Assembly: GCA_964016885.1 (NCBI GenBank)
Contig: OZ024742.1
Span: 187,054,001 to 187,118,000 of the forward strand
Source of the DNA: Eledone cirrhosa
Taxonomy: Eukaryota
Direction of reading: 5' to 3'
DNA: 64,000 nt
The position numbers and the translations under genes are program-made. Below, one piece after another: positions 22,457-36,700 of this stretch. Positions within the stretch are counted from its first letter, which is position 1. Each line of letters starts with the position of its first letter. The notes under the pieces are model-generated. The model saw only the letters and a list, made by a program, of their open reading frames with translations. It did not search any database and had not been told where the DNA came from.

Positions 22457-24491
22457 TATTTCTTTATTAGCCACAAGGGCGCACAAGAAAAAGGGACAAT
22501 ACAAAGACATGCCGGGGATTTTGCATACAGTCGTGTAAAAAATATAAAAACAAACAATTACAACAATCGAAATCCCCAATAGGGGAGAGGCGCCACAAAT
22601 GGGTTGTTTAATACCCCGTAGATAGAACAACCCTCAACTCCAAGAGCGAGTTGTGCAAGTGCTCCTTTCTTCCTTTTGCTCTCTTCCTCAACCTACAGGC
22701 TTATAAACAGAGAAGGCCCAATCACTCGGGCCATTTTCGCTTCATTCTCCCACCTTTCAGTAAATTTACTGGGGTGCAATGCCTCTCTCTCCACCCTGAT
22801 TCTCCTTCTAAAGTGATACTTAAAGAAGGGAATCAATTGTTGTCCGGAGAGAAAGGCATCTGTCCTCAGTCCTCTCAACCTCGTCCACCATATAACTTCT
22901 TTCACCATAGCCACTGTACAGAGGAAAACCGCCTCTCTTTCGTTTTTGAAAGAGGCTGGGGGTTTGATCCTTACTATGGACTCGGCAGTCAACTGGATTT
23001 GTCCCATACGCGACAGCAGTTGTTCTGCATAATTCAACAGGTGGGTTACGCCCGGGCAGTGTACAATTGCGTGCAGGACTGTTTCAATGTCCTGTGCGCA
23101 TCTTGGACACGTCCTCTTGTAAGGATCCCTGCCGGGGCGTCCTGTTCCTCGGTAGCACTGCCAGGCCAGGGATCTCTGGAAGTTGTCCATAGGTCCGTGA
23201 CGGAAAGTCCTACCAAACAAACTGGTGAGCTCATCGACTTCGACGCCCAGAGTCTCTCCGAGCACGTCGTCGCTCTTGTAACGTACAATCCCTCTATAGA
23301 ATGTCGAAGTGGAGTCTCCACTGATTGCTGCGCCCGCTTGCCAGAGGACTGTGAGCGCCTGAGCGCATTCAATGTGCCAGGCGCCCATCGTTTTTGGTCT
23401 TTTCTTGACCCAGGACTGCAGCTCCGTCAGCGAGACGAGCTGTGGGAAAGCCTGTCTCACAAACGGTGCCCACACCGGTTGGGGGTCGGTGAGGAATACC
23501 TGGAGTTGCCGCAGCCTCAGCGCATGTTTGCGCATCATCAGCTACGGCATTCCCAGTCCTCCGTTGAAAGGGTGCTGACAGCAGACAGATCTCCTCACCA
23601 GCGGAGCCTGCTTCTTCCAGCTAAACTGGAAGAGCATGCGCTCCATCTAGGCGAGGTGTTCACGGGGACAAGGTACGACAGTCAAGCGGTAGTAGATGAC
23701 GGACGCTATGAAATTGTTCGCCACCTCCGCTCGACCTTTCAAGGACAGTTCGCACTCTGCCCACTTCTGGGTGAGTGCAAACACCTTGGCCGTGACCTCG
23801 TTCCAGTTTTTCTCCACCTGGAGTTCTGGACCGAACCAGATCCCGAGCAGCTTCACCGGTCCTTCCGTCCAGCGTCCAACGACGCTGTCGGACAGCATCG
23901 GTTTGCCTCTCCACGTACCGAGTTGCAAACCGACAGACTTGTCTGGGTTTAGTTTTGCTCCCGGCAGCGTTTCGTATTCTTTCAGTAAGTTGGCGATTAC
24001 CCCGATTTCCGAGGTGCTCGACACCATAACCGTCAGGTCGTCGGCATAAGCCGACGCCGCTTTGCGCAGTCCCGGTTCTAGAGGGATGCCCTGCAACAGC
24101 TCCAATTTCCGCAGTAGTGGCTCTAGAGTCAATACATACAGAATGGAGGAGAGAGGGCACCCCTGTCGAATGGAACGCGTGATTGCGAACGACTCCGATA
24201 GGTAGCCGTTCACATAGACCCTCGAGCAGATTCTGGTGTGCATCGCCTCGATCCAGCCTCTGAAAACGGGACCGAAACCGGCCGCCTTGAGAACCGCTTC
24301 CAAGCATCGATGGTCGACCCTATCGAATACCTTAGACTGATCCAAATTGATCAGAGCCCCACCGAAGCCGAGTTTACTACCCACCCTCTCTATGATGTAT
24401 CGCATGAGGTGGAGGTTGTCGTGTATGGACCTGTTCGGGATTGCACATGTTTGCGCTTTCCCTACCAGGTTCTTGACGACAAGCGCCAACC
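22457..24491 (-). mobile_element. Tx1-clade element, 5'-truncated, in (GATA)n
   Basis: ORFs 23647-24489 (DQSKVFDRVDH, IRQGCPLS, AYADDLT) and 22693-23538 (CPRC..ETVLHAIVHC). AATAAAGAAAT 3' end joined to (ATCT)n. GATA tract also at the 5' junction. Confidence 0.9.
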
Positions 24492-24502
24492 TCGATAGAC
24501 AT

Positions 24503-24555
<53 letters not shown>

Positions 24556-24556
<1 letters not shown>

Positions 24557-26065
24557 GTTTTTCTTTATTAGCCACAGGGGCACAAAAGAAGGGAACAATA
24601 CAAACGGGGAAGTTTACATACAATAAAAACGTATAAAATAATATCACAAATGCAATTTAAAAATTAATCGATTTTCCCCAATAGGGGGAGATATTACATA
24701 TGAGTAACACATACCCCCGAGAAAATGTGGAACCCTCATCTCCAGGAGTACGAAGAGTGAGTACCCATTTGCTCTCTTCCTCTTTTTGCTCAACCTACAG
24801 GCTGATATAGAGAGAAGGCCCATTCACTCGGGCCATTCTCGCCACTTCACCCACCTTTCATAAAACTTGCTGGGATACAGCACCTCTCTCTCCATCCTGA
24901 GTCCTCTTCTAAAGTGGTATTTAAAAAAAGAATCAGTTGTTGGCCGGAGAGAAAGGTGTCTGACCTCAGCCCTTTTTAACCTCGTCCAGCATAGAACCTC
25001 TTTCGCCATAGCTATCACACAAAGGAAAACCGCCTCTCCTACGTTTTCGAAGGAGGGTGGCGGTTTGATCATGACAATGGACTCGGTGGTCAACCGAATT
25101 GGTCCCACCCGCGACAATAGTCGTTCTACATAGGCCCACAGGTCGGTAACGCCCGCGCAGTGTACGAATGCGTGCGCGACGATATCTTCAGATCTTTTTC
25201 GAGGGTCCCTGCCCGACCGCCCATGTCTGTACAGCTTGTCTCGAACTGGTAGAGCTCCTCGGTAGCATTGCCAGGCCAGGGACTTTTGGAAGTTGTCCAT
25301 CGGTCCCGGGCGGAAGGTCCTACCGAACAGGCTGGCCAGTTCGTCTCCCTCTACGCCTAGAGTTTCTCCGAACGCGTCGTCGCACTTGCTGCGGACCAAC
25401 CCTCTATAGAATGACGGAGTGGAGTCTCCACTGATCGTCAGATCCGCCTGCCAGAGTGCTGTGAGCGCCTGAGCACATTCGATGTGCCAGTCGCCCATTT
25501 TCATCGCTCTTTGCTTGACCCAGGACTGCAGCTCGGTCAGCAAGACAAGTCGTGGGAAGGCTCGCCTCTCGAGTTCTCCAGTAAGCAATACGTGGAGTTG
25601 CCGCAGCCTGAGCGCGTGTTTGCGCATCTTCAGCCACGGCATCTCCAGCCCTCCGTTGGAAGGGTGTTGGCAGCAGATGGATCTTCTCACCAAAGGCGCC
25701 CGCTTCTGCCAAAGAAATTGAAAGAGCGCGCGCTCCATTTTGGTGAGCGTTTTGACTGGAAAAGGCACGACGGTCAAGCGGTAGTAGATGACTGTCGCTA
25801 TAAAAGTGTTCGCCACCTCCGTTCGAGCTTTCAAGGATAGTTTGCACTCGGCCCACTTCTGGGTGAGTGCAAACACCTTGGCCGTCACCTAGTTCCAGTT
25901 CTTCTCTACTTGGAGGTCCGGACCAAACCAGACCCCGAGCAGCTTCACCAGTCCTTCCGTCCGGTGTCCGACGACGCTATCGGAAGGCATCGGTTTGCCT
26001 CTCCACGATCCGAGTTGCAAACAGTTGGACTTGTCCCGGTTCAGCTTCGCTCCTGTGAACCGTTC

Positions 26066-26066
<1 letters not shown>
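24556..26066 (-). mobile_element. Tx1-clade element, 5'-truncated, 3' end in (GATA)n
   Basis: ORF 24824-25888 homologous to the Tx1 post-RT region. The 5' junction meets (TA)n followed by GA/GATA repeats. Confidence 0.88.
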
Positions 26067-26132
<66 letters not shown>

Positions 26133-26148
26133 TAGAGAGAATGAGGGC

Positions 26149-26180
<32 letters not shown>

Positions 26181-26229
26181 AAGAAAGGCTGAAGAATCAT
26201 CATAGATTGACAGGTGGATAGGTATATAA

Positions 26230-27830
26230 TAATACATACACACACATACATATATATATATATAAATACATACATAAATACATATAAACATACACACACA
26301 TACATACATATAAATACATACATAAATACATATATACATACACATACCTACATATATATATATATACATACATACATAAACACATATATACATACTCCCA
26401 CACATATAAATACATACATAAATACATATATACATATACACACATACATATATAAATACATACATAAATACATATATATATATACACACATACATACATA
26501 AATACATATATACATACACACACATACATATATATATAAATACATACATAAATACATATATACTTACACACATACATATATATATATATAAATACATACA
26601 TAAATACATATATACATATACACACACACACATACATATATAAATACATACATAAATACATATATGCATACACAAATACATACATATATAAATACATACA
26701 CACACATACATATATACATACACACACATACATATATATATATAAATACATACATAAATACATATATACATACACACACATACAGACATATATAAATACA
26801 TACATAAATACATATATACATACACAAACATACATACATACACACACATATATATATATATAAATACATACATAAACACATATATACATATACACACATA
26901 CATAGATATACATACATAAATACATATATACATACATATACACACATACATATGGTGGCTGCCAACTCGTTTTCGAGTACGGCCACTACTTTATATCCAT
27001 GTAGGAGAACCCCTACCGTTGCGCTGAACGAGTGTGACTTTTTAGTCCAGCCAGCGACTTGAAAACTCTGGTTCAAACACTACACCTGTGACAATTATTG
27101 ACACTCAGTGCTGGGCCCATGGTACCATGTGACGACAAGTGCAGAGACATCTCCAGATATAAAGCAATGCCTGTGCCGTGAAGCTTTTATAGTGAGCAAA
27201 GGCACTGCACAAAGCCAGTCCCACTCTCTTAACCACGATGATATTTACCAAACAGAAGAACAAGTCAACATCATTGGATACCATCAGGGTTGCAGGTGTT
27301 ATATCAGAGTTTTCTTTCTCCTAGAATTCTGCCTTGACAAAGGCTAAGGGGTCATCTCTCCCGGTGATTTTGGAGGACCATTGACTCTTAAGAGCTCCTT
27401 TGCCCTTTGACAGGTTTTGTTTTTAGTCCTGCAGGATGTCCAAAGTCACTCACCTCACCAAGAAACCTTGGTGGGGTTGCCAGTTTAGTCGCCAATGACC
27501 CGACCATGAGACATACATAAATACATATATACATACACACACATACATACATATATAAATACATACATAAATACTTATATACATACACACACATACATAC
27601 ATATATAAATACATACATAAATAATTATATACATACACACACACACATACATACATATACACATATACATATATATATAAATACTTATATAAACTCATAT
27701 ATACATATACACACATACATAGATATAAATACATACATAGATACATATATACATACATATACGCACATACATATACACACATACATACATACACAAATAC
27801 ATATATAAATACACACACTCACACACATGC
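26230..27830. repeat. TACA/TA-derived minisatellite (roughly 35-40 bp higher-order unit)
   Basis: Recurrent AAATACATACATAAATACATATATACATACACAC motif, interrupted by the 26953-27510 insertion. Confidence 0.85.
26953..27510 (-). mobile_element. Dispersed non-coding retroposon-like repeat (family unassigned)
   Basis: Reverse complement of 48671-49080. A related head segment (TTTAGTCGCC..ACC..CATGAG) occurs at ~29700-29968. Confidence 0.65.
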
Positions 27831-28599
27831 ATGCATATTTATGTTGAACTAATGAGGAACTTATAAATACTCCACCCTGTGTGTATCTTTAGATTTATAT
27901 CTGTGACCTGTGGGTAACATAGATACGTTACTAGCTGCCTATGCACAAGTCTTGCGAAGGTAGGTTTCACTGAAGCAGAATGAACTTGGTTAATGAGGAA
28001 ATTACAGATCGAAGTCATTAAAGGAACTGTGAAATTATGCAAAACATTCCAGAAGTATAGCATGTCATAATTGTATGTATAAACGTATAGATATAGAAAT
28101 ATATGTATATATATATATATATATATATACACATGTAATTCAAAACACAGATCCACGTATGCGATTACAAACATACTTGTATACATACATACCCAACACA
28201 CACACACACACATACATACATACATACACACATACATACATACATACATACATATAAACATACACAAACATACATATATATATACTCACACGCATACATA
28301 AATGCATAATATAAACTTACATACATACATAAATACATACATTCACACACATACATACATAGCTTTATACATATATACATACCTACATACATGCATACAT
28401 CATACATACTCACTAACACACACATACATACATATATGCATACATATACAAATAAACACAAATACATACATTCATACATACAAGCATACATATATGCATA
28501 CATATACGCACAAACACACATAGATACATACATACATACACGCATACATAAATACAAGTACATATATACATACAAACACACATAAATACATTCTGGACT

Positions 28600-29480
28600 T
28601 CACAGAAAAAGAAAGAATAGGACTAGTTAGGAAATTACAAGTACAATCCATTAATGGAACAGTAAAAATATGTAAAACATTCCAAAACTTCTGCATCTAA
28701 TAACTGCAGATACACATGTACAGATACAAAGCATATGCATATGCACACATACAGCCCAAAACATCCACATCCACACATACAATAACAGTCATACCTGCAC
28801 ACACACGCACACATGCAGAGATGCATACATATCTACCCAGTTGATGCGTAAATTCCAATGAGAGAGTCTTGTATGTATATTAGAAACCGACTCTCTCTCT
28901 ATTGGCAAAAAATTGTGAAATTATAAAACCAGAAGAACATACATACATACATACATACATACATACATACATACATACATACGCATATACATACATACAT
29001 ACGTACATACATACATACATACATACATACATACATACATACATACATACATACGCATATACATACATACATACACACATACATACATACATACAGAAAT
29101 ACACATATAACTGCCTCAATACAAATTTTGAGAAGCTAGCGTTCACAGGAACAGAAAGAACACAACTAGTTAGGAAATTACAAGTACAATCCATTAATGG
29201 AACAGTAAAAATATGTAAAACATTCCAAAACTTTTGCAGCTAATAACTGCATATACACATGTACAGATGTAAAGCATATACGCATGCACACATACAACTC
29301 AAAACACACGCATCCACACATACAATAACATCCATATCTACACATGCATGCATACATACATATCTACCTGGTTGATGTTGTGTAAATTCCAATGAGAGAG
29401 TCTTGTGTCTATGGTAGAAACCGACTCTTTCTCTCTATTGGTAAAACTTTGTGAAATTATAAAACCAGAAGAATATACAT
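28600..29480. repeat. Local tandem duplication (~540 bp period)
   Basis: CTAGTTAGGAAATTACAAGTACAATCCATTAATGGAACAG at ~28623 and ~29166, with a more diverged copy near 27985-28060. Confidence 0.8.
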
Positions 29481-30884
29481 ACAAAATAGCTGCAAACTCT
29501 GCTAAGAGTATCGCTTGTCAGATTATAGAGTTTGAGAGTTTGGTACACATTTAGGCTACGGCCAGCCACATAAACCTGTAACATATCCTGAACAAGCAAT
29601 GCCTGTGCTTTGAAGGTTTTTTTAAGTGGGGAAAGGCCCTGCACTCGACCAATCCCACTCTTTAAGCATCGAAAACACTACCCGAAAAGGAGAACTGGTC
29701 AACATCATCGGATGCTCCCGAAAGCCGTTGGTTTTTTTCCAGAGTTTCCCTCTCCTAGAAAGGTGTAAGGTGTTGTGACAACAACTGGGGGCCTTTCTTT
29801 CCCAGGTGAAAAATAAAATGTACTATTTGGATGGCCGTTGACTCTGCTGAGTTCCTCCGCCCTTTGCCGGGTCTTGTATTTCATCCCGCAGGGCGTCCAA
29901 ATATCACCCTCCTCACCAAGCAAGCTTAGTGGGGCTGCCGGTTTAGTCGCCGACCACCCGAACATGAGATAGGTTTACTGCGTTACATGTTTCCAGTAGC
30001 ACTCGAGAGCAACATGACATACATACATTCATACACACACACACATACATACACACACACATACATACAAACATACACACATACCAGCACACACACACAT
30101 ACATACATACATACAAACATACAAACATACAAACATACCAGCACACACACACACACACATACAAACATACAACCATACCAGCACACACACACATACATAC
30201 ATACAAACATACAAACATACAAACATACCAGCACACACACACACATACATACAATCATACAAACATACAAGCACACACACACACACACACATACATACAT
30301 ATTAGTCGGAAGACAGAAGTCAGTGAACGAAGGAAGAATTGTCAGAGAACCAACCAACAAATAAACAAACAAATAAATAAATAAACACCAAAAATGAAAA
30401 AAAAAGAGAAAAATGTCAAACAAACAAAGAAACAAGCAAACATGAGGCAAAATGAAATAGAATTGTATTATATAACTCTATATTCTCTTAACGGAAACGT
30501 TACGCCATATTGAAAGAAAAACTGTTGGAAGGACGTTATTGGAAGAGTAACAGAAACAATATTAAAGATTAATGAAATGGAAAGTCGGGAAATTGACAGA
30601 GAAGAAAGGAATAACCATACAATGGAACATTTTGGAGAAATTTTGATATTTTGTAAAAAAAAATTAATAAATAATAACTACATCAAAACAACAAGAAAAA
30701 GCTAAAAGCAAAGAAAAAAAACAAGAAAAAGCTAAAGGTAAAGTAAAAACTACAAAAAATGTAATGGATAAAATGAAATATACAGGCACAAGGCCAACAA
30801 TTTTGGGGGAGAGGAGGGGATAATAGATTATATCGATCCCAGTATGTTACTGGTACTGGGATTTTATTTTATCGACTCCGTAAG

Positions 30885-31057
30885 CTTGGCTTGTCAGGCT
30901 TGAGAATCCAGCCGGATCTGTTGCAGATGGTTGCTTCTGACTAGACCCGCTGGAAGGAGTGTTTGAGGACTCTGTCCCCACTACCCTCTCGGGAAGAAGA
31001 AGAAGAAGAAGAAGAAGAAGAAGAAGAAGAAGAAGAAGAAGAAGAAGAAAAAAAAAA
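30885..31057 (+). mobile_element. 5'-truncated LINE 3' end (RTE-like) with (GAA)n and A tail, inserted in a SINE
   Basis: 10-bp TSD ACTCCGTAAG at 30875-30884 and 31058-31067. The flanks rejoin into the SINE core ATCGACTCCGTAAGAATGAAAGGCAAA. Confidence 0.75.
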
Positions 31058-32283
31058 ACTCCGTAAGAATGAAAGGCAAAACTAACTTTTTTTAGCAGGA
31101 TTGTAAAGAGGCGCAATTCTATGCCATAAAGCATGTTGTCCGACGCTCTACCGAAACTCTCAATCCACCAAAATATAAAAAATGATTACAATATATAATA
31201 TATATTTGGCCCAATGTCAGCATTTTTGAGGAGAAGAGAATAACGATTATTCGCCCCAAATACTTTACTCGTAGTGGGATCGAACATACGACCTCAAGAT
31301 TACGAAGCGAACTTCTTAACCATTCGTTCATTCTGTGCTTTGCCCACAGTTTTAGATATGTTTAACAATTCTGTTATTTCTGTTTAAATTTCTGGCAACG
31401 ATAAATGATATCATTACATGGCGAAAGATACATTTCCTGGTGAAATATATTAACTGTTTAATTCTATTAAAACAAAAAACAATCTGTGTTGTTGGATTTA
31501 GATCTGTGTATATATCATCAATGCATACTCTGTACGCATTAGCCATTCTATGATAAATATTACTTCGCCTGTCGGCCATTTCTATTAACCTTTGTTCATT
31601 AAATGAATTCATTTAAAGACGAAGCGGAGGAGAGGAATACTGCGACTTGACTGATCGTTTCTTTTTGGTGTAGGTCACCATCAAAACTTCTGCTGTCTAC
31701 AGTCTCAGAACTGCAGTTTTCTTCTTTCAAATCGGGAGAAGTGCATTCCGTTGGAGGAAGGGCCTTCGTAAGGGAGAGTAGCTGATGCTGTGGGTGTTGT
31801 GTTTTCTCTGTGGCAATACCATCCCCATTTTGTCCACGAAGCGTTGTTGAGATACACCATTTAGTCTGGAATGTAGAGTCTGATACTCTTTCTTTCTGCT
31901 ATCTCCGAGTTCCGCTATGTAATATTTTCTCTTTCCTTTTCATTTTTCTTTTAATATACAGGTAAGGATGAATTGTAATTTCTTTTTTTATTTTCAAATA
32001 AAATTTCATAAAAAAAGATCGGAATTAAAAAAAAGAAATGTTAAAATTATTACAAGAATAAATGAATGACAGAAAAGAAGTAAATGCACTTCATATTCTA
32101 TCTAGGATATCGACATACAATTCCTGGTATAGCAGTGAACAGAAACCAACACTATGGATAGGAGAATTTAATCTTCGTGTAAAATAGTCATTCCTATAGA
32201 GGCAATTGACTTGATAACAACAAAGGTACAATGAAATTCTATACAGATATAATTTTCTTTTTAATTTCCAGCATAATGTGTAT

Positions 32284-32365
<82 letters not shown>

Positions 32366-32622
32366 TATTTATTTTTTTTTTTATATGTAGTTTTTCCAAA
32401 TTGAAGTATTTAAACTTTATTTTATTCAGAGTTAAGACTCTATTGGTTTTTTTCCCTGGATTTCACAAAATCTGTGGATAAAATCTCTGTCTTGATTTTT
32501 TAAAATTGAGTTTGAATTATTTTCCCATATCTTACGTTAGTTATTTTCCGTTTTGACGTTATAGTCACTTATATATTATGAAATACTGTTGGCTTCTTGC
32601 TCACATTAATTTCTATATTTTC

Positions 32623-32669
<47 letters not shown>

Positions 32670-32678
32670 ATGTATATA

Positions 32679-32744
<66 letters not shown>

Positions 32745-32917
32745 ATGTATATATATATACATATATATATATATAATTAAAAGTTTAACAAGGTTCAATG
32801 AATTCATCAATGGATACAGTTTCACAATAGATTAGAAACACTCTACAGTTAGGTTTTCTGGAGTTATTAATATTACTTCAAAATATTAATAAATATAGAC
32901 ATTCATGTGATCAAATA

Positions 32918-32983
32918 TATTTTATTATACATATTTCAGAGATACTGAGCTATTTCAACAGTACGTCCTCATCAGATAAAATA
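32918..32983 (-). ncRNA. Hammerhead ribozyme (left arm of inverted pair)
   Basis: Reverse complement of the 33364-33429 motif. Confidence 0.8.
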
Positions 32984-33363
32984 AGTTGATGCCTGACACA
33001 TCTCTCTCTATCATTTGATCATTTCTCCCTTCTCTTGTTCCTACGATCAAATCTCCTTCTTTTTTTTCTCTCTTTCCTCATGATTTGCTATCTCGATCTA
33101 TCACTTCCACTATCTACAATAATGAGGTATGAATATATTATTATTATTTAAATTTTTAACAGTTATATGAGTTTATGTATTATATATTATTTGTTATTTA
33201 TTATTATATATCTTTTTACATATTCTCACACGCACCCTCTGTATCATATGTAATTTTTCATGTTTCAATATAAGGTATATAAATATCGAGTTTTGTCATA
33301 ACCAATCACTGCCATGACTAAATTATAACCATCAACATAGTCAAGGTATGTCAGGCATCAAGT

Positions 33364-33429
33364 TATTTTATCTGATGAGGACGTACTGTTGAAATAGCTC
33401 AGTATCTCTGAAATATGTATAATGAAATA
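33364..33429 (+). ncRNA. Minimal type-I hammerhead ribozyme (right arm)
   Basis: TATTTTAT-CTGATGA-GGAcGTACTG..CAGTATcTCT-GAAA-TATGTA-TA-ATGAAATA. Stems I and II pair. Confidence 0.8.
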
Positions 33430-33486
33430 TATTTGATCCCAATATTTATTAATATTTTGAAGTAATATTATATATATATATATATA

Positions 33487-33524
<38 letters not shown>

Positions 33525-33526
33525 TA

Positions 33527-33635
<109 letters not shown>

Positions 33636-33642
33636 ATTCATA

Positions 33643-33729
<87 letters not shown>

Positions 33730-33731
33730 TA

Positions 33732-33783
<52 letters not shown>

Positions 33784-36700
33784 ATATATATATATATATT
33801 GTTAACGATGTCGTTTTGTTAGCGCACAATGAAAATTATCTTACTCTGTAACTTTAGAACGCTAAACTAATCCGCCATTCAAATGCTTCTGCAATAATTA
33901 CATTCGAACGAGGTTCATCATTATGTTTGAAAATCTAGAAACATCCGAGGAGACAATAGTTATTTATAGTTAATATTTAATCCGAGAATCGGGTGAAAAC
34001 TATAATAGCAAACGAGTATCTCGTTAAGCAAATAAATTAGTATTCTGTTCATAGTAATATTTCTTTCCAAAATTTTAAAGATTTTTGCCTGTAATTAAAT
34101 GTTTTCAGTAACTCTGTAATTAATTAAATCATGGTTGTTCCTATTGTGAATGAAGTTATAATTATTTCCTTCACACTATGAATTACTCTCTCTCTTTTCT
34201 GTTCCTCTTTCTATCCTCACGTCTTTCATCAAACAAAAATCCATTAATCCACGAATAAAATCATCAAAGATTAAAGTAGTTTAAATTTTCTTTCATTTAC
34301 AAACTGATCATCCATAATCATGTCTTTTAATGACACAGAAGACCAGTGTGGTGCCTGTTATGTTGTCCTGGTCTCTTAAGATAATACTTGGTAAATGTTC
34401 TGGGATTTCAGTGTTACTCGCATTTCATGACACAATTTACCACACAGTTGTTAATTATTATTTTGTTTTGCTCATTAATTTTATGGAATCATAGTGTCTG
34501 AGCACATCGAATAGGGAGAGGGTGGGGGAGGAAGAAATAGAAAATCGACCCCAGTACTTGATTGGTAATGTATTTATTGACATCTGAATGATGAAATGTG
34601 GAGTTGACTTCGGCGGGATTTAAACTCAGAACATAGAAAGTCGAAACAAATACTACAAGGCATTTTATCCGATGTTCTAATGTCTCTGTCATTTCACCGC
34701 CTAGTTAATATTCTCGGAAATGAAAATTATAATGATGGACAGAGAAGTGTGATGGAAGTCATACCATATAGATTGACAAGTTGAAGCAGGATACTGGTCT
34801 AGAAGCTATCCAGGAACTAAAGATGGCAATGATAGACAGAAAAAGTGTGGAAAAGGCTTCCTGAGGCTTTAGCCAGGGTGGGAACTCCGTCTAAGCTCCC
34901 CAACACGACAGAATTTATAACTATAATGTTGCAACTACACAACAAATTACATAAATACCAGGGTAAAATGGAGTCCTAGATTTCGAAATATACACACGGA
35001 ACAACAGTATGTAAACATGCTGTGCTAGTTTAATTAGAGACTATAGCCAAGACCTAACACTGTGCTCCAAGTTGCAGTAGATAACAATAAGTATTATAAG
35101 GATGACATCGTAAGAGATGTAAGTAAATACAGCAGAATGGCATAAATATTACTTCTACATTTAGAAGTTCCTATTAGGTAACCACAGCAGGAGAAATTAA
35201 CTTTATTATTGACCCGTCACTAAGACGTTTTTCAAATATTATCTGTTTACTAAGTTTCCAACCATTTTTTTTTTTTTGCATCATCGCTCACTTTTATGTA
35301 GGGAAATTTTCAACCTCCCACCTTTATAGTAAATATTCAAAATCATAGCAAAAATGGCTCGTTATTCCACATTTGCCTCCTGTTTTCTTTTTAAATACAG
35401 ATTCTTCGCATATATCCTTTGAATTATTTTTAGTAGCATATGTTGAAATACCTTAATCCTATGTAGTCCACAACAAATTCCAATCGTCGACCAAATATCA
35501 GTTCAGCTGCTCATCACGCACCGGTGGGCGATATCTCCCCGACTGGGAAACCCTGCGGCAGACCATGGAAATTCAGCTTGACTCTCCTCTCAGGACCATC
35601 CAGCTGAATAAAATTGCTAGGAATGTTCACTTTTATGAACTTGGATTAACTTCTCTCAACGATGAGTATTTCAGTTTTTCGATCAACGGAACTTTCTCCT
35701 CGTGAAATTAGCGTGTGAATGGTTGAGCATTCCACAGATACGTGTACCCTTAACCTAAACCTCAGAGAGATTCTTCGTGACACTGAATGCGACAAGGATG
35801 CCCTTTTGAATTATAGGTACAGTTCATCTGACGGATCCAAACAGTTTCAGTTTATGCAATTTGACTCATAAGGCATGGATCACCCCAGGGCTATGGTAAA
35901 AACACTTGCATAAGATTCCTTACAGTGGATTCGAACCGAGACCTTACGATTGTGATGCAGACGTCTTAACTAATCAGCCATATTTGAATCCACTAACTGT
36001 ATAAATAAGCTGGTCGGCAGAGGGAGACAGGATTTGATCTCAGAAATCACATGGACACCAATCCACCACCTTTGGATTGGTTCTTTATTTATTGACCTCA
36101 AACAGATGAAAAGCCAAGCTGTCCTCGGTGGAATTTGAACTCGGAGTATAGCGACTCAGAGCAAAAACCGGTGCTGAAATGTCTCTACATATTCACCATC
36201 AATTATATAAAACATCTTTGTATATAAATGAACGTTTCTTGAGAATCCCAGATTTCACTAAATACTGTGAGAAGAGCCAACACAGTTAAAAGTTTTATGG
36301 AAAATGTCCAACTGATTTTTGTCTCGTAATTTGTGGCACATAACCAAACTGCCAAATTGTCCATTAAATATACATTTCAATGCGAAGGCAATAAAAAATT
36401 TTTTTTCTTCCTTCTATTTCTAGAGGTATCAATAAATGAAACAATCTTCTTAAAACATTTCTGATAGTTTTTAGTGGCTAAAATATTTGAACTAAATAAA
36501 AACTCGATGGTCTTATTGTATAAGGTCATTTTGATGAGTTAAAACTCACACTACACACATATCGACCAACTTTGTACTTTTATTGAACTATGAATAAATA
36601 CGTTAATAAATAAACGATGAAATTCAATAAATGACCATCGATCTTAGTGGAAATCATTTATGGTGTAGTTTTTGGTGTTTTCATCGATTAGTCAAGGAGG

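Noticed and set aside
22651-23952. 433-aa + strand ORF, and similar antisense ORFs at 8.2-13.7 kb
   Set aside because: Antisense shadows of GC-rich Tx1 coding sequence with no independent motifs.
26148-30450. Long ORFs rich in Y/I/C/V/M or H/T (also at 38-42 kb, 53 kb and 59-61 kb)
   Set aside because: They are translations of (TA)n, (CA)n and (TACA)n repeats, not proteins.
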